Below, piece after piece: positions 1-11,726 of a DNA stretch of 64,000 bases (the first letter of the stretch is position 1; each line of letters begins with the position of its first letter). The stretch is from an uncultured Acidobacteriota bacterium (GTDB lineage Bacteria; Acidobacteriota; UBA6911; RPQK01; JAPXNP01): positions 320,001 to 384,000 of the forward strand of contig CAVZRV010000010.1 of the NCBI GenBank assembly GCA_963777605.1, read 5' to 3'. A model generated the notes under the pieces. It saw only the letters and a program-made list of their open reading frames with translations, did no database searches and was not told where the DNA came from. The position numbers were made by a program, and so were the translations under genes.

Positions 1-853
1 CTTCGGTTCGGGTTACCAGTTCGCCAATCGTCTGAATATTGGCGTTCTTCAGACAGTTGTACGAACGGACGGACAGTTCCAACTCCTCAATCGATTTGCT
101 GAGGTTCTCGTTGTAGCTGTGCGTTCCGGTTTCGCTCCCGCTCTCCCCCTCATCACTGTCCTCTTCAAAGTTGATGAAGATGTACAGGTGATCCTTAAGG
201 ATTTTCGCAGCCTTGGCTACCGCTTCCTGGGGACGAATGCTGCCGTTGGTCCAGACTTCGAGGTTCAGCTTGTCGTAGTCGGTCGAATGGCCGAGACGCG
301 CCGATTCCACCCAGAAATTCACTTTCTGGATCGGGGAATGCACTGCGTCGATAGGAATGTAACCGATACCCAAGTCCTCATCAAAATTCTCGTCGGCAGG
401 AACATAACCACGGCCCGCCTTAACCCGGAGTTCCATCCGGAATTCCACATTTTCCCCAACCGTAGCGATGTGGAGGTCTTTCTCCAGAATCTCGATATCG
501 GGGTCCGGCTTGAGATCTCCGGATTTCAAGTCTCCCCCTTTGCCCGACGACTCCAAATAGAGAGTCTTCGAGTGATCCACGTGCAACTTCAAGGGGATCT
601 GCTTCAAATTCATGATGATGTCGGTCACGTCCTCCCGGACTCCGGGAATGGACGAGAACTCGTGCAGGACACCATCGATCTTAACCGCCGTAATCGCCGC
701 CCCGTCGATGGATGACAACAGGATTCGGCGTAATCCGTTTCCAATTGTCGTCCCAAAACCCCGCTCGAACGGCTGGGCTGAAAAATGCCCGAACGTATCC
801 GTCAGAGTTTCCATGTCACACGCCAATCGTTTTGGTTTCTGGAAACCTTTCAT
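1..853 (-). CDS. rpoA: RNA polymerase alpha subunit (3' end runs off the window)
   Basis: Hand translation from ATG at 853: [76 protein letters not shown]; alpha-[18 protein letters not shown] near the left edge; follows rpsD. Not in the ORF track. Confidence 0.98.
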   Translation of the reverse strand, partial: MKGFQKPKRLACDMETLTDTFGHFSAQPFERGFGTTIGNGLRRILLSSIDGAAITAVKIDGVLHEFSSIPGVREDVTDIIMNLKQIPLKLHVDHSKTLYLESSGKGGDLKSGDLKPDPDIEILEKDLHIATVGENVEFRMELRVKAGRGYVPADENFDEDLGIGYIPIDAVHSPIQKVNFWVESARLGHSTDYDKLNLEVWTNGSIRPQEAVAKAAKILKDHLYIFINFEEDSDEGESGSETGTHSYNENLSKSIEELELSVRSYNCLKNANIQTIGELVTRTE

Positions 854-931
854 GGGACTTTATCTCCGTATTCTTGAGCCAAAAAACTGCCGAAGGTCCT
901 GAATGAACACCCCGACCCGCAGCTAATCTGC

Positions 932-1570
932 TTACTTCGAGTACAACTCGACGATCAGCTGTTCCTCGATCGGCACCTTGATTTCTTCACGACTCGGAAG
1001 CTCGAGAACTTGACCGGTGAAGTTCTCACGGTCCAGATTCAGCCAGGACGGCACACCCCTTCCGGCAACATCTTCCATGGCAGCGATAATCAGGGGGTTC
1101 TTGCGACTCCGCTGCCGCACCGAAACCTCATCACCCGCACGCATCATGACCGAAGGCACCGTCACCTTCTTTCCATCCACACGAATATGCCCGTGCCGAA
1201 CAATCTGTCTCGCCTGCGCCCGTGAGCCGCCGAAGCCGAGTCGATAAACCACGTTGTCCAGACGACACTCCAGCAACTGCAAAAGCAGCTGTCCCGTAAC
1301 GCCCTTCCGGCGAGCTGCCTTTTCAAAATAGCGCCGGAACTGACGCTCCAGAACACCATATGTTCGCTTCGTCTTCTGCTTCTCCCTCAGCTGCTGGCCA
1401 TAGCCACTCGCCTGGCGGCGGCGGCGGAAGAAGGAACGCCCGTGTTCGCCCGGGGCATAATTCCGCTTCTCTACAGCACACTTATCCGTAAAACAGCGCT
1501 GGCCCTTCAGGAACAGCTTCGTTCCTTCACGCCTGCACAACCGACAAACGGCGCCTGTATACCTAGCCAA
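932..1570 (-). CDS. rpsD: 30S ribosomal protein S4
   Basis: [15 protein letters not shown]...[10 protein letters not shown]; TTG start at 1570 with GGAGG 7 nt upstream. Confidence 0.97.
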   Translation of the reverse strand: MARYTGAVCRLCRREGTKLFLKGQRCFTDKCAVEKRNYAPGEHGRSFFRRRRQASGYGQQLREKQKTKRTYGVLERQFRRYFEKAARRKGVTGQLLLQLLECRLDNVVYRLGFGGSRAQARQIVRHGHIRVDGKKVTVPSVMMRAGDEVSVRQRSRKNPLIIAAMEDVAGRGVPSWLNLDRENFTGQVLELPSREEIKVPIEEQLIVELYSK

Positions 1571-1659
1571 TCTCAAACCTCCCGACGGCACCGGGCCGTC
1601 CTGTCGATGACCAATCCAAATTCTTCCTTTTCGCGTCCAAACTGCTCATCTCGCGGAGA

Positions 1660-2070
1660 TCAAACGCGTCTCTTCTTGCGTGGCCGACAACCGTTGTGCG
1701 GAATCGGCGTCACGTCCTTTATCGATTTGACATCCAGACCCGCAGCCTGGATCGAGCGAACCGCTGCCTCGCGACCGGCGCCGGGGCCGTTGACTCGAAC
1801 GTCGCAATACTTCATCCCGTACATGTCCCGGGCCGCGGCGGCGGCTGAGTGCGCAGCCTGAGATGCCGCGAAGGGCGTGCTCTTCCGGCTTCCCTTAAAA
1901 CCCTGTCCACCAGCGCTTGCCTGCGAAAGCACGTTACCCTCAAGATCACTGATCGTAATGAGCGTGTTATTGAACGTCGCCCGAACAAAAGCGATCCCAT
2001 GAGCAACAAGCTTCCGCTCACGCTTTTTGGTTGTCGTTTTCTTCTTCGAACCCTTAGCGCCTTTTGCCAT
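1660..2070 (-). CDS. rpsK: 30S ribosomal protein S11
   Basis: [31 protein letters not shown]. Confidence 0.98.
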   Translation of the reverse strand: MAKGAKGSKKKTTTKKRERKLVAHGIAFVRATFNNTLITISDLEGNVLSQASAGGQGFKGSRKSTPFAASQAAHSAAAAARDMYGMKYCDVRVNGPGAGREAAVRSIQAAGLDVKSIKDVTPIPHNGCRPRKKRRV

Positions 2071-2094
2071 AATTACCTCTTGGGTTTCCCAGGG

Positions 2095-2463
2095 TTACCG
2101 TTTCTTACGACCGATACGACCCTTCTTCGGCCCCTTCCGCGTGCGAGAATTGGTATGCGTTCGCTGTCCCCGAACTGGCAATCCGCGCCGGTGACGCAGG
2201 CCCCGGTAACAGCCAATATCCATCAGGCGTTTAATGTTGAGCTGGACTTCTTTCCGAAGATCGCCCTCAACCCGGCCTTCGTCCTGAATGATCTGGCGGA
2301 TTCGACCCGCATCCTCTTCCGTCAGTTCGCGGACCTTAATGGCGTTGTCGACACCTGCCGTTTGGCAGATCTTGCCCGCACGAGACCGTCCGATCCCGTA
2401 GATGTAAGTCAACGCGACATCTACTCTCTTGTTGTCAGGAATATTCACTCCGGCGATACGCAT
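2095..2463 (-). CDS. rpsM: 30S ribosomal protein S13
   Basis: [34 protein letters not shown]. Confidence 0.98.
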   Translation of the reverse strand: MRIAGVNIPDNKRVDVALTYIYGIGRSRAGKICQTAGVDNAIKVRELTEEDAGRIRQIIQDEGRVEGDLRKEVQLNIKRLMDIGCYRGLRHRRGLPVRGQRTHTNSRTRKGPKKGRIGRKKR

Positions 2464-2484
2464 TCTCAGCCTCCAGCTAAGGGC

Positions 2485-2598
2485 CTAGCCCTGTCTCTGC
2501 TTATGCTTGGGATTCTCGCAGATCACCCGCACCACGCCCCGCCTCTTGATCACTTTACACTTCATGCAAATTTTCTTGACCGATGCTCGAACCTTCAT
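2485..2598 (-). CDS. rpmJ: 50S ribosomal protein L36 (zinc-ribbon type)
   Basis: Hand translation [37 protein letters not shown]; below the ORF track length cutoff. Confidence 0.98.
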   Translation of the reverse strand: MKVRASVKKICMKCKVIKRRGVVRVICENPKHKQRQG

Positions 2599-2630
2599 CG
2601 TCTTTTCTCCCTGGCGCGTCGTGCCGGTGC

Positions 2631-2852
2631 CTATTTGTAGCGATAGACGATTCGTCCCCGACTCAGATCATAGGGGGAAAGTTCCACCTTGACCTTGTCG
2701 CCGGGCAGAATCCGGATGAAATATTTCCGCATCTTCCCGGAGACATGAGCCAATACCTCGTGCTTGTTCTCCAGTTCGACTCGGAACATGGCATTGGGAA
2801 GCGTTTCAACTACGGTTCCAATAACCTCTATCGCTTCTTCCTTCTTTGACAC
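2631..2852 (-). CDS. infA: translation initiation factor IF-1
   Basis: [12 protein letters not shown]...[30 protein letters not shown]. Confidence 0.98.
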   Translation of the reverse strand: MSKKEEAIEVIGTVVETLPNAMFRVELENKHEVLAHVSGKMRKYFIRILPGDKVKVELSPYDLSRGRIVYRYK

Positions 2853-2870
2853 GCGTTCCGTCCTTACTCT

Positions 2871-3623
2871 TCAGTTCAATTCGCTCAGTATCCAGGGACC
2901 ATCCTTAGTGACGGCTACCGAGTGCTCGAAGTGCGCACTGCAGCCTCCATCTACGGTAACAGCGGTCCAGCAATCCTCCAAAATACGGACGCCCGGGCCT
3001 CGGTCGTTCACCATGGGCTCGATCGCGAGCACCATCCCTTCAACCAGACGGGGCCCTCGCCCCGGCACACCAAAATTCGGAACCTGCGGGTCCTCGTGGA
3101 GCGACCGGCCAATCCCGTGTCCAACAAAATCCCGGACTACAGAAAATCCATACTTTTCCACGTACTGCTGAATCGCAGCGGAAATGTCGGAAACCCTGTT
3201 CCCGACCTGAACCCGCTCAATTCCAACATAAAGAGAGTCCCGCGTAACATCCAGCAACTGCTGGAGATCCGCTTTGATCTCCCCAACCGGGAAGGTTCGC
3301 GCCGAGTCACCGTAATACCCCCGGTACCGAACCCCCACGTCCACCGCCAGGATGTCTCCTTCTCGGAGAATCTTGTCCCTGCGCGGAATCCCGTGGACGA
3401 TTTCCTCGTTCACGGAAGCACATATGGTCGCCGGGTATCCCCGGTAACCCTTAAAACCCGGTTCCCCTCCCTCTGCCCGGATAAAGTCTTCCGCGACTTC
3501 ATCCAGTTCCAGGGTCGAAACCCCCGGCCTGATCATCCCTGAAAGAAGGTCGAGCACCCGGGCTACCATTCGGTTCGAGCACTCCATCTTCTCCAGTTCC
3601 GCCGGACCTTTCCGGATTATCAT
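2871..3623 (-). CDS. map: type I methionine aminopeptidase
   Basis: SVNEEIVHGIP, GHGIGRSLHEDP, AIEPM, SAHFEH metal-binding motifs. Confidence 0.97.
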   Translation of the reverse strand: MIIRKGPAELEKMECSNRMVARVLDLLSGMIRPGVSTLELDEVAEDFIRAEGGEPGFKGYRGYPATICASVNEEIVHGIPRRDKILREGDILAVDVGVRYRGYYGDSARTFPVGEIKADLQQLLDVTRDSLYVGIERVQVGNRVSDISAAIQQYVEKYGFSVVRDFVGHGIGRSLHEDPQVPNFGVPGRGPRLVEGMVLAIEPMVNDRGPGVRILEDCWTAVTVDGGCSAHFEHSVAVTKDGPWILSELN

Positions 3624-3628
3624 CCCGG

Positions 3629-4308
3629 TCAGACCTCAACGATCCGAGCTGATCGATTCAAAAACGATCGTGGGATCCTGGCTTCCGTCGACCTCCTGGT
3701 AGCATTCCCTGATCCCTGTAGAAATCAACTACCGGCCGTGTCTGCTCATCGTAAACCCGCAGCCGTTCCTGGATTACGTCCTCGTAATCGTCGTCCCGCC
3801 GCTTGAGGGCAGTCTCCACATCGATCACAGAATCCCTGCTCGGCTGGCGGAGAAAAGTAAATATTATAAATGTTTCCGCACTTTGGGCAAAACCGCCTTC
3901 CCGAAAGCCGACGAACGACCAGGTCAGGCTCCACTGCAATGTTGACTACCTGCAAGCCGAGTCCATTCCGAATCGACTCCAGAAACCTCGGCCTGCGCGA
4001 GATTTCTGGGATACCCGTCCAAAATACAGCCCGGTGTACCAACCATCCTCTCAACCGAGCCTTCACCATTTCGCCGATGAATTCGTCCGGGACCAGGTCC
4101 CCGGCTTCCATGATCACTTTCGCGCATTTTCCAATTTCAGTGTTGCGCTTCACTTCATCCCGAAGCAACTCCCCGGTCGAAAATGCGCCAACCCAAACTG
4201 CTCCGACAACCGTTTTGCCTGTGTCCCTTGCCCCCCCCCGGGTGGGCTAAGTAAAACCAGGACTAAAGACTCCTTCTTTCCCTCCGAATCAACCAGCTCC
4301 ACTTCCAC
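3629..4308 (-). CDS. adk: adenylate kinase (multiply frameshifted in this sequence)
   Basis: Fragments in three frames: PPGGGQGTQAKRL, GDLVPDE, ILDGYPRNLAQAE, RRLSGRRFCPKCG..CDRCG zinc lid, RDDDYEDVIQERLRVY; canonical position between secY and map; start approximate. Confidence 0.9.
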
Positions 4309-4330
4309 TCAGCCATCTCCACTTCCACTT

Positions 4331-5735
4331 TCACCGGCGCCCCCGAACTCGTCCCTTCTTGAGGAATCCTTCGTAGTGCCGCATGATCAACTGCGATTCA
4401 ATTTGCTGAACGGTATCCATGGCAACCGCCACGACAATCAGAAGCGACGTGCCGCCAAAATAGAAGTTGACACCCAGACCCGTGGTAATGAAGTCCAGGT
4501 CATAGGTTGTCAAGAAGTCATCGATCGGGGGTCCGATAAACGGGATCGGCTGGATCTTGAATCCTGTGATCAGAAACTCTGGAATCAGACAGACCACAAC
4601 CAGGTAAATGGCACCGATCGTCGTTAACCGGCTCAGAACCGTATCGATGTATTCGGCAGTGCGTCTTCCGGGCCTGATACCCGGGATGTACCCGCCGTAT
4701 TTCCGGATGTTGTCGGCGACTTCATCCGGGTTGAAAATGATGCTCACGTAAAAGAACGTGAAGAACACGATGCCGATGATGTAAATCAAGTTGTACAGGG
4801 GATATCCCTGCGACAATTGCTGAGTCACCCCCTTGACCCAATCCGCCTGGGTGACCAATCCGAGGGTCGACGGGAAGGCCACGATCGAAGCCGCGAAGAT
4901 GACCGGGATAACACCTCCCGAGTTGATCCGCAACGGCAGATGCGTTGCCTGTCCACCATACATCCGGCGTCCGACCACCCGCTTCGCGTATTGGACCGGT
5001 ATCCTCCGTTGCGCCCGTTCGACAGCAACAATTCCCGCAGTCACCGCGAGCATCATGAGGAGAAGAAAGAGGATCGTGAACACCGTCCGCTCACCCATTT
5101 GCCAGGACTGGATCAGCCCGTAGGAAGCCCGCGGCAATCCGACAACGATACCCGCAAAGATGATCGAGCGAAATTCCGTTTCCGATTCCCCGCTCGGTAA
5201 TCTGCTCGCCCAACCACATGACCAGCACCGAACCCGTCGTCAGGGTCAGCATAGTCATCAGACGAAATCCCCATCCCGGATGGGGAACGATCGGCGGGGT
5301 CGACTGGGTCTGTTCCAGAGCCACCGCCGTAAAGAATCCCTGAAATGAACTCAGCCCAACGGTCAGGTAGCGCGTGTACTGATTGATTTTCTTGCGGCCC
5401 AGTTCGCCCTCTTTTGACAACCGCTCGAGGTAGGGCCAGACCACCGTCAACAGCTGGAGAATGATTGACGCCGTAATGTACGGCATGATTCCGAGGGCAA
5501 AAATCGAGAGGCGGCTCAGGCTGCCTCCGACGAACATGTTGAACATGCCGAAAATCGTCCCACCCTGCTGGGCGAAGAACGACTGCAATGCCTGGCTGTC
5601 GATTCCGGGAGTCGGAATAAAACTGCCAATTCGATAGCAGGCCAGCAATCCGAGCATGAAAAGAATTCGATTCCTGAGATCCGGGATCTTCAGGATATTT
5701 CGAACTCCCGCTTGAAAACCGGTCATCTCTCCCAT
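4331..5735 (-). CDS. secY: preprotein translocase SecY (one frameshift near 5165)
   Basis: [33 protein letters not shown] in one frame; [24 protein letters not shown] in the next. Confidence 0.96.
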
Positions 5736-6183
5736 TAGCTCAAGACCTCTACGCTTCCACCTGCTGCCTCGATCTTGGCCTTGGCCGAGCCGGTGAAATG
5801 ATGGGCACGAACCGTGAGTTTCTTTGTCAGGTCGCCTTCACCAAGGATCCGCAGTCCATCACGCATATTCTTGACGAATCCGGACTCGATCAAGGTCTGA
5901 GGGGAAACTTCAGTGCCCTCATCGAACGCATTCAGGTCGCGAACGTTCAGAACGATGTACTCTTTTCGAAACTTGTTCGTGAAACCACGTTTCGGAAGCC
6001 GGCGGTAGAGGGGCATCTGCCCCCCTCAAATCCGAAGCGCTGCGAATAACCGCTTCTCGACTTCTGACCTTTCTGACCACGACCCGCACGGACGCCAAGG
6101 CCCGAACCCGGACCACGGCCCACCCGCTTCTTCTGTTGGTTCGCGCCCTTGGAACGCGACAGTGCGTGTAACTGAAAGCTCAC
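5735..6183 (-). CDS. rplO: 50S ribosomal protein L15 (frameshift in G run near 6020)
   Basis: [12 protein letters not shown]...GQKSRSG..GFEGG, then [13 protein letters not shown] after restoring one G. Confidence 0.95.
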
Positions 6184-6383
6184 GACTCTTCTCCCTCAAT
6201 GACCTGGACCAGGTGGCTGACTTTCCGGACCTGTCCCCAGGTTGCCGGGGAATCGGGCCGTTCCACGACCTGGTTCAACCGCCTCAATCCCAATCCCTGG
6301 ACAACTTTTCGCTGCGCTGCCGGCCGGCCGACTACGCTTCGAACGTACTTGATTCTGATGACTCCAGCGTCCTTCTTGGTCAT
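6180..6383 (-). CDS. rpmD: 50S ribosomal protein L30
   Basis: [20 protein letters not shown]...[11 protein letters not shown]...VSHLV; ATG at 6383. Confidence 0.95.
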   Translation of the reverse strand: MTKKDAGVIRIKYVRSVVGRPAAQRKVVQGLGLRRLNQVVERPDSPATWGQVRKVSHLVQVIEGEES

Positions 6384-6399
6384 GGATCCCTCGAACTTC

Positions 6400-6894
6400 C
6401 TACAGTTCCTCTGCGACCTTGCCGCGCAGAGCCGCGACCTCTTCGGCACTTCGCAACTGTGCCAACCCTTCAAAGGTCGCTTTCACCACGTTATGCGGGT
6501 TGGCAGAACCCAGCGACTTGGTCACGACATTTCGGATTCCGGCGGATTCCATAACCGCACGAACCGGCCCACCGGCGATTACACCAGTACCTTCAGCCGC
6601 CGGCTTCAACAGAACCTGCCCCGCTCCGAACCGCCCCACTACCGCGTGAGGAATCGTCGATCCAGTCATTGGAATCTGGATCATCCCCTTTTTCGCCTTC
6701 TCCAATCCCTTTCGAATTGCCGCGGGCACTTCCTTGGCCTTGCCCATTCCATACCCAACTCGGCCGGTCTGATCTCCAACCACCACCAACGCGCTGAAGC
6801 TGAGGTTCTTGCCTCCCTTAACGACTTTGGTGACCCTTCGAATCGAAACGACCTGGTCTTTCAGTTCAAGTTCATTAATCTGCCCGTTTGCCAT
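6400..6894 (-). CDS. rpsE: 30S ribosomal protein S5
   Basis: [29 protein letters not shown]. Confidence 0.98.
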   Translation of the reverse strand: MANGQINELELKDQVVSIRRVTKVVKGGKNLSFSALVVVGDQTGRVGYGMGKAKEVPAAIRKGLEKAKKGMIQIPMTGSTIPHAVVGRFGAGQVLLKPAAEGTGVIAGGPVRAVMESAGIRNVVTKSLGSANPHNVVKATFEGLAQLRSAEEVAALRGKVAEEL

Positions 6895-6914
6895 CAGGAC
6901 ACCTCTCGACCAAT

Positions 6915-7280
6915 TCAGAACTCGAGCCCAGCTTCACGGGCTGCATCAGCCAGCGCCTTGACCCGCCCTGTATAAAGATTCCCGTTGCGGTCAAAAACGA
7001 CCTTCTTCAAGCCTGAAGCCTGCGCCTGGGTCGCAATTCCCTTGCCGACCTCTTTGGCCGCAGAGACATTTCCACCATTGGGCAGCTTAGTCCCATCCAG
7101 CTTCAAAGACGACACCGTCATCAACGTCCGTTGAGCATCGTCGTCCACTAACTGAGCGTAAATATGCTTTAGGCTTTTGAACACACAGAGGCGCGGCCGC
7201 TCCGCAGTACCCAGCACCGCAGTCCGACTTCTCAGGTGTACCTTCTTACGACGTTCAGCCCTGCTCAAATGCTTAGCCAT
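6915..7280 (-). CDS. rplR: 50S ribosomal protein L18
   Basis: [31 protein letters not shown]. Confidence 0.98.
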   Translation of the reverse strand: MAKHLSRAERRKKVHLRSRTAVLGTAERPRLCVFKSLKHIYAQLVDDDAQRTLMTVSSLKLDGTKLPNGGNVSAAKEVGKGIATQAQASGLKKVVFDRNGNLYTGRVKALADAAREAGLEF

Positions 7281-7289
7281 GATTAACCG

Positions 7290-7850
7290 TTACGCCCCCT
7301 TCTTTCCAACTTTGAGCCGGACGACTTCGGTGGAGTACCGCACGCCCTTGCCCTTATACGGATCGGGCGGCCTCAGCGCGCGAATGTTAGCCGCGATCTG
7401 TCCCACCATATAGCGGTCAGCCCCGGCAATCTTCACCGTCCCAACGTAGTTGGAGATCTGGCGCTGCTCACGTTCTACGGAAACGTCCATCCCATCGGGA
7501 ATCGGGAACTCGACCGGATGGGAATGACCCAGGGAGAAGTTGATGTACCGGCCCCGAACTTCGGCCCGATACCCGATCCCGACCACGTCGAGCTTCTTCA
7601 CCCATCCCTCGCTGACACCGGTGACCGCGTTCTGCAGCAGCGCCCGGGTCAACCCGTGCTTCGAGCGCAGATCTTTTTGATCGTTGGCCCGGCACACGGT
7701 CAAGGTTGTCCCATCCTGTTCCACTTTGATCCCTTCCGGAACCGGAACACTCAGTTTTCCTTTAGCTCCCTCGACAGCGGCGCAATCTGTTTCGATTGCG
7801 ACCTTCACACCCGAAGGAACGTTGATGATTTTTCTTCCAATACGAGACAT
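7290..7850 (-). CDS. rplF: 50S ribosomal protein L6
   Basis: MSRIGRK, RPPDPYKGKGVRY, KVGKKG. Confidence 0.98.
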   Translation of the reverse strand: MSRIGRKIINVPSGVKVAIETDCAAVEGAKGKLSVPVPEGIKVEQDGTTLTVCRANDQKDLRSKHGLTRALLQNAVTGVSEGWVKKLDVVGIGYRAEVRGRYINFSLGHSHPVEFPIPDGMDVSVEREQRQISNYVGTVKIAGADRYMVGQIAANIRALRPPDPYKGKGVRYSTEVVRLKVGKKGA

Positions 7851-7870
7851 GACGACCTCAATTGTCTCTC

Positions 7871-8269
7871 TTAGTAGACTTCCAGCAACAACTCACCACC
7901 AACACCCTCCTGTTTCGCGGATTTTCCGGTAAGGACACCGCGTGATGTGGAGAGTATGGTGATACCGAGCCCACCCAGCACATCGGGGATCTCATCCTTG
8001 GCAACGTACACACGCCGGCCTGGTTTACTAAGCCTTTTCAACGTGCGGATCGCAGGCTTCCTGTCTCCGAGGTACTTCAGGGTAATAGAAATTTCCCTAA
8101 AGGAATTCGCCTGCCCCAACTTGTAACTCGCGATGTATCCCTCTTCCTTAAGGATGCGACTGATCGCCTCCTTGATCCTGGAATGGGGGAGGGTCACCGT
8201 TTCATGCATCGCACTCTGTGCGTTGCGAATCCGCGTCATAAAATCCGCGATCGGATCAGTGACTGACAT
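7871..8269 (-). CDS. rpsH: 30S ribosomal protein S8
   Basis: MSVTDPIADFMTRIRNA, SKPGRRVY, STSRGV; ATG at 8269. Confidence 0.98.
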   Translation of the reverse strand: MSVTDPIADFMTRIRNAQSAMHETVTLPHSRIKEAISRILKEEGYIASYKLGQANSFREISITLKYLGDRKPAIRTLKRLSKPGRRVYVAKDEIPDVLGGLGITILSTSRGVLTGKSAKQEGVGGELLLEVY

Positions 8270-8341
8270 TGCTATCCAATCTCCTTCAAACAACAACTAC
8301 CTGGCACGGCCAGCTCCAAGGCCTTGTTACTTTTGGACTCT

Positions 8342-8527
8342 CTACCAGCTTGCCTTCGTGATTCCCGGAACCTCACCACGGAGAGCAAGTTCTCTAAAGC
8401 AGATCCGGCACAGCTTAAACTTCCGCAGGTAGCCGCGCGGCCGACCACAGCGCTGGCAACGGGTATACGCCCGCGTCGAGAATTTGGGTTTTCGTCTTTG
8501 CTTCGCGATCAACGACTTCTTAGCCAT
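8342..8527 (-). CDS. rpsN: 30S ribosomal protein S14, zinc-binding type Z
   Basis: 61 aa, RCQRCGR...[21 protein letters not shown]. Confidence 0.98.
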   Translation of the reverse strand: MAKKSLIAKQRRKPKFSTRAYTRCQRCGRPRGYLRKFKLCRICFRELALRGEVPGITKASW

Positions 8528-8542
8528 CGGATCTCCCAATCA

Positions 8543-9109
8543 TTAGAGTGCCGCAGCAGCGGCCTCTTCCTTCCTCTGGAAAGGCATTCCCAATCGGTCC
8601 AACAGAAACCGAGCCTCTTCGTCGGTCCTGGCAGTCGTGACGATGGTCACGTTCATGCCGTAAACTCGCTCGACCCGCCCGGCATCCAACTCGGGAAAGA
8701 TAAACTGATCTCGAATTCCCAAGGTATAGTTCCCCCGTCCGTCGAACGCCTTGGGCGATATTCCACGGAAGTCCCGGACTCGAGGAAATGCTATGTTCAT
8801 CAGGCGGTCCAAAAACTCGAACATCCGATCACGCCGCAAAGTGACCGTCACACCAATCGGCATCCCGGCACGGAGCTTGAACCCGGCAATCGCCCGCCGA
8901 GCCTTCCGAATCACCGCCTTCTGACCCGTGATGGCCCCAATCTCTTCGGCGACGGTATCCAGCAAACGGGGATTGGTCGTACCCTCACCCACGCCCACAT
9001 TGACCACCACCTTCTCGATCTTGGGAACCGCCATCCGATTCGAGTAGCCAAACTGCTCGACCAAAGCCGGGACGATCTCCTTTTCGTAACTCTCTCTCAG
9101 TCTCGCCAT
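8543..9109 (-). CDS. rplE: 50S ribosomal protein L5
   Basis: [25 protein letters not shown]. Confidence 0.98.
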   Translation of the reverse strand: MARLRESYEKEIVPALVEQFGYSNRMAVPKIEKVVVNVGVGEGTTNPRLLDTVAEEIGAITGQKAVIRKARRAIAGFKLRAGMPIGVTVTLRRDRMFEFLDRLMNIAFPRVRDFRGISPKAFDGRGNYTLGIRDQFIFPELDAGRVERVYGMNVTIVTTARTDEEARFLLDRLGMPFQRKEEAAAAAL

Positions 9110-9117
9110 GGTTATTC

Positions 9118-9438
9118 CTACTTATCCACAGTTCCGCCGCACTTCTTGCACACACGGACCTTCTTACCGTCCGACAGGGCCTGCACGGCCGTCCGCGAAC
9201 CCTCGTTGCACTCCGGACAGATCACCTGCAGATTCGAGAGGTGAATCGCCGCTTCCCGCGTGACGATTCCGCCCTGAATGTTCTGCTGCGGATTCGGTCG
9301 GGTGTGACGCCGGACGGTATTGATATTCTCAACAATCGCCCGATTTCTCACCGGAAACACCCGCAGAACACGACCCGTCCGCCCGGCATCTTTCCCGGAA
9401 AGCACCTTTACTTGGTCATTCTTCTTGACGTGTAACAT
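9118..9438 (-). CDS. rplX: 50S ribosomal protein L24
   Basis: [16 protein letters not shown] motif, [14 protein letters not shown]. Confidence 0.97.
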   Translation of the reverse strand: MLHVKKNDQVKVLSGKDAGRTGRVLRVFPVRNRAIVENINTVRRHTRPNPQQNIQGGIVTREAAIHLSNLQVICPECNEGSRTAVQALSDGKKVRVCKKCGGTVDK

Positions 9439-9447
9439 CCCAACCCC

Positions 9448-9816
9448 CTAGAGCACTTCCGGCGCCAGAGATACAATCCTCATGAACCGCCGGTCCCGCA
9501 ACTCGCGGGCCACCGGTCCGAACACGCGCGTCCCGATCGGCTCGCTCTGATTGTTGACGAGCACCGCGGCGTTCTCGTCAAAGCGGATGTAGGAACCATC
9601 CTGCCGTCGGGCTTCCTTCTTCATCCGCACGATCACGGCTTTGACTACGTCACCCTTCTTTACGGTGCCGTCTGGCGTCGCCTCCTTGACCGAAGCGGTG
9701 ATGATGTCACCCAGGCCCGCCTGCCGTCCGGCATCGCCGCCCAACGGGGCAATACACCGGATCCTCCGCGCGCCCGAGTTATCAGCCACATTCAAAACTG
9801 TCTGCATCTGGATCAT
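9448..9816 (-). CDS. rplN: 50S ribosomal protein L14
   Basis: [36 protein letters not shown]. Confidence 0.98.
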   Translation of the reverse strand: MIQMQTVLNVADNSGARRIRCIAPLGGDAGRQAGLGDIITASVKEATPDGTVKKGDVVKAVIVRMKKEARRQDGSYIRFDENAAVLVNNQSEPIGTRVFGPVARELRDRRFMRIVSLAPEVL

Positions 9817-9818
9817 GG

Positions 9819-10094
9819 CTATTCCTTCGCTTTCTCCAGAATCTCAGTGACAGTCCAGCGCTTCCGTTTGCTCAACGGTCGCGTCTCCTGGATGCGAACC
9901 TGATCTCCGACTCCGCATTCATTGTTTTCGTCGTGCGCCATGAACTTGCTGGTTCGCCGGATCGTCTTCCCGTACACGGGATGCTTCACCAAGCGATCCA
10001 CCGAAACCACCACCGACTTCATCATGGAATTCGAAACGACGCGTCCAACCTTTGACTGCCCCCGGACTTCCGGGGCCCCATTCTCAAGCGCCAT
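9819..10094 (-). CDS. rpsQ: 30S ribosomal protein S17
   Basis: [28 protein letters not shown]. Confidence 0.97.
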   Translation of the reverse strand: MALENGAPEVRGQSKVGRVVSNSMMKSVVVSVDRLVKHPVYGKTIRRTSKFMAHDENNECGVGDQVRIQETRPLSKRKRWTVTEILEKAKE

Positions 10095-10284
10095 TGCCCT
10101 TCGCCTTCTCTGTCTGAATGGTTTTAATCCTCGCCAGATCCTTCCGAATCAGGCGAATCTTGTTGACGTTGTCGAGTTGACCCGTCGCCTTCTGGAGACG
10201 GAGCTGAAACAACTGCTTCGAGAGCTCACGCTCTTCGTTAGCCAGTTCTTCCTGCGACATTTCGCGAACCTTCGATGCTCTCAT
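10084..10284 (-). CDS. rpmC: 50S ribosomal protein L29
   Basis: [13 protein letters not shown]...[10 protein letters not shown]; ATG overlaps the rplP stop (TGATG). Confidence 0.96.
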   Translation of the reverse strand: MRASKVREMSQEELANEERELSKQLFQLRLQKATGQLDNVNKIRLIRKDLARIKTIQTEKAKGNGA

Positions 10285-10697
10285 CAATCACCAAACCTGG
10301 TTACGAACTTGGTCCTGAGTGGAAGTTTGTGCGCCGCCAGTCTCATTGCCTCGCGGGCCACATCAATCGGGAGCCCCTCCATTTCATAGAGGATCCGTCC
10401 AGGCTTGATCACGGCGACCCAACCTTCAGGTGCGCCTTTTCCCTTGCCCATCCGGGTTTCAGCGGGCTTCTTGGTAATCGGCTTGTCGGGGAATATCCGA
10501 ATCCAGATTTTCCCGCCCCTCTTGGTGTACCGGGTCATTGCGATACGAGCAGCCTCGATCTGACGATTGGTAATCCATCCCGGCTCGAGTGCTTTCAACC
10601 CGAACTCGCCGAAGTCCACCGAACTTCCACGTTGCGCCAGCCCGCGCATGCGGCCCTTCTGTCGCCTTCGATACTTGACCTTTTTCGGCATCAACAT
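10284..10697 (-). CDS. rplP: 50S ribosomal protein L16
   Basis: [25 protein letters not shown]. Confidence 0.98.
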   Translation of the reverse strand: MLMPKKVKYRRRQKGRMRGLAQRGSSVDFGEFGLKALEPGWITNRQIEAARIAMTRYTKRGGKIWIRIFPDKPITKKPAETRMGKGKGAPEGWVAVIKPGRILYEMEGLPIDVAREAMRLAAHKLPLRTKFVTRFGD

Positions 10698-10712
10698 GAT
10701 CTTGTTACTCCA

Positions 10713-11357
10713 CTATCGATCAGCTTTCTTCCCGCTGAAGATCTCACCACGGTAGATCCACACTTTGACGCCGATCACGCCGTAGGTCGTAAAAGCCTCG
10801 GCCAGTCCGTACTCAATGTCGGCCCGCAACGTGTGCAGCGGCAGGCGTCCGTGCAGATACCATTCCGTTCGAGCAATTTCGGCACCGTTCAGGCGTCCCG
10901 CACAGCAAACCCGGATGCCCTGGGCACCAAATCTCAGTGCTGTATCGACTGCACGCCGCATCGCCCGCCTGAACGCCACTCGCTTTTCAAGCTGCTGGGC
11001 GATGTTCTCGGCCACCAACTGGGCATCCAGTTCAGGCTTGTGCACTTCCTGGATGTTGATAAAGACTTCCCGGCCGGTTTCCTTCTGGAGATCAGCTTTC
11101 AGCCGCTCAATCTCGCTCCCTTTCCGCCCGATGATGATTCCGGGACGAGATGTGAACACTATAACGGTCAGCTTGTTGGCGGCGCGCTCCATCTCGAGCC
11201 GGGAAATCCCGGCGTGATAAAAGCGTTTCTTCAAAAGCCCTTTCAGCCGAAGATCTTCATGCAGAAGATCACCGTAGTTCTTCTTCGCAAACCATCGCGA
11301 CTTCCACGACCGGTTCACTCCCAGGCGAAATCCGTAAGGATGCGTTTTCTGACCCAA
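10713..11357 (-). CDS. rpsC: 30S ribosomal protein S3
   Basis: [31 protein letters not shown]. Confidence 0.98.
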   Translation of the reverse strand: MGQKTHPYGFRLGVNRSWKSRWFAKKNYGDLLHEDLRLKGLLKKRFYHAGISRLEMERAANKLTVIVFTSRPGIIIGRKGSEIERLKADLQKETGREVFINIQEVHKPELDAQLVAENIAQQLEKRVAFRRAMRRAVDTALRFGAQGIRVCCAGRLNGAEIARTEWYLHGRLPLHTLRADIEYGLAEAFTTYGVIGVKVWIYRGEIFSGKKADR

Positions 11358-11369
11358 GCTGACTTCCTC

Positions 11370-11714
11370 CTACTTCTCGTCGGTTATCCGGATCGTGATG
11401 TGGTTCTGTCTCCGCCGATGCCGGTAAGCCCGGCCCATCGGAGCCGGCCGCAGCCGGAATCTCGATTTCGTCGGCCCCTGATCGACGAAAGCTTCCTTGA
11501 CGACAAACTCGTCCATCGAAGCTGTAGGCTCCGCCTGCTCAGCATTTGCTATAGCAGAATGAAGGACTTTCGAAATCGTTCTTGCAGAGCGCTTCCGAGA
11601 AAACCGCAGTATGCTCAACGCTTCTTCGACGTTCTTGCCTCGGATCAAATCGATCACGAGACGCGCCTTCTGCGGCGACCCTTTGATGTATTTCGCCGTG
11701 GCTTTCGCTTCCAT
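11370..11714 (-). CDS. rplV: 50S ribosomal protein L22
   Basis: SPQKARLVIDLIRGK, SAIANA, RPAPMGRA. Confidence 0.97.
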   Translation of the reverse strand: MEAKATAKYIKGSPQKARLVIDLIRGKNVEEALSILRFSRKRSARTISKVLHSAIANAEQAEPTASMDEFVVKEAFVDQGPTKSRFRLRPAPMGRAYRHRRRQNHITIRITDEK

Positions 11715-11726
11715 TACATCGCCTCT

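Noticed and set aside
4297-4329. 13-bp direct repeat CTCCACTTCCACT x2 between secY and adk
   Set aside because: Two copies only, overlapping the adk SD/start region; too short for a CRISPR or element
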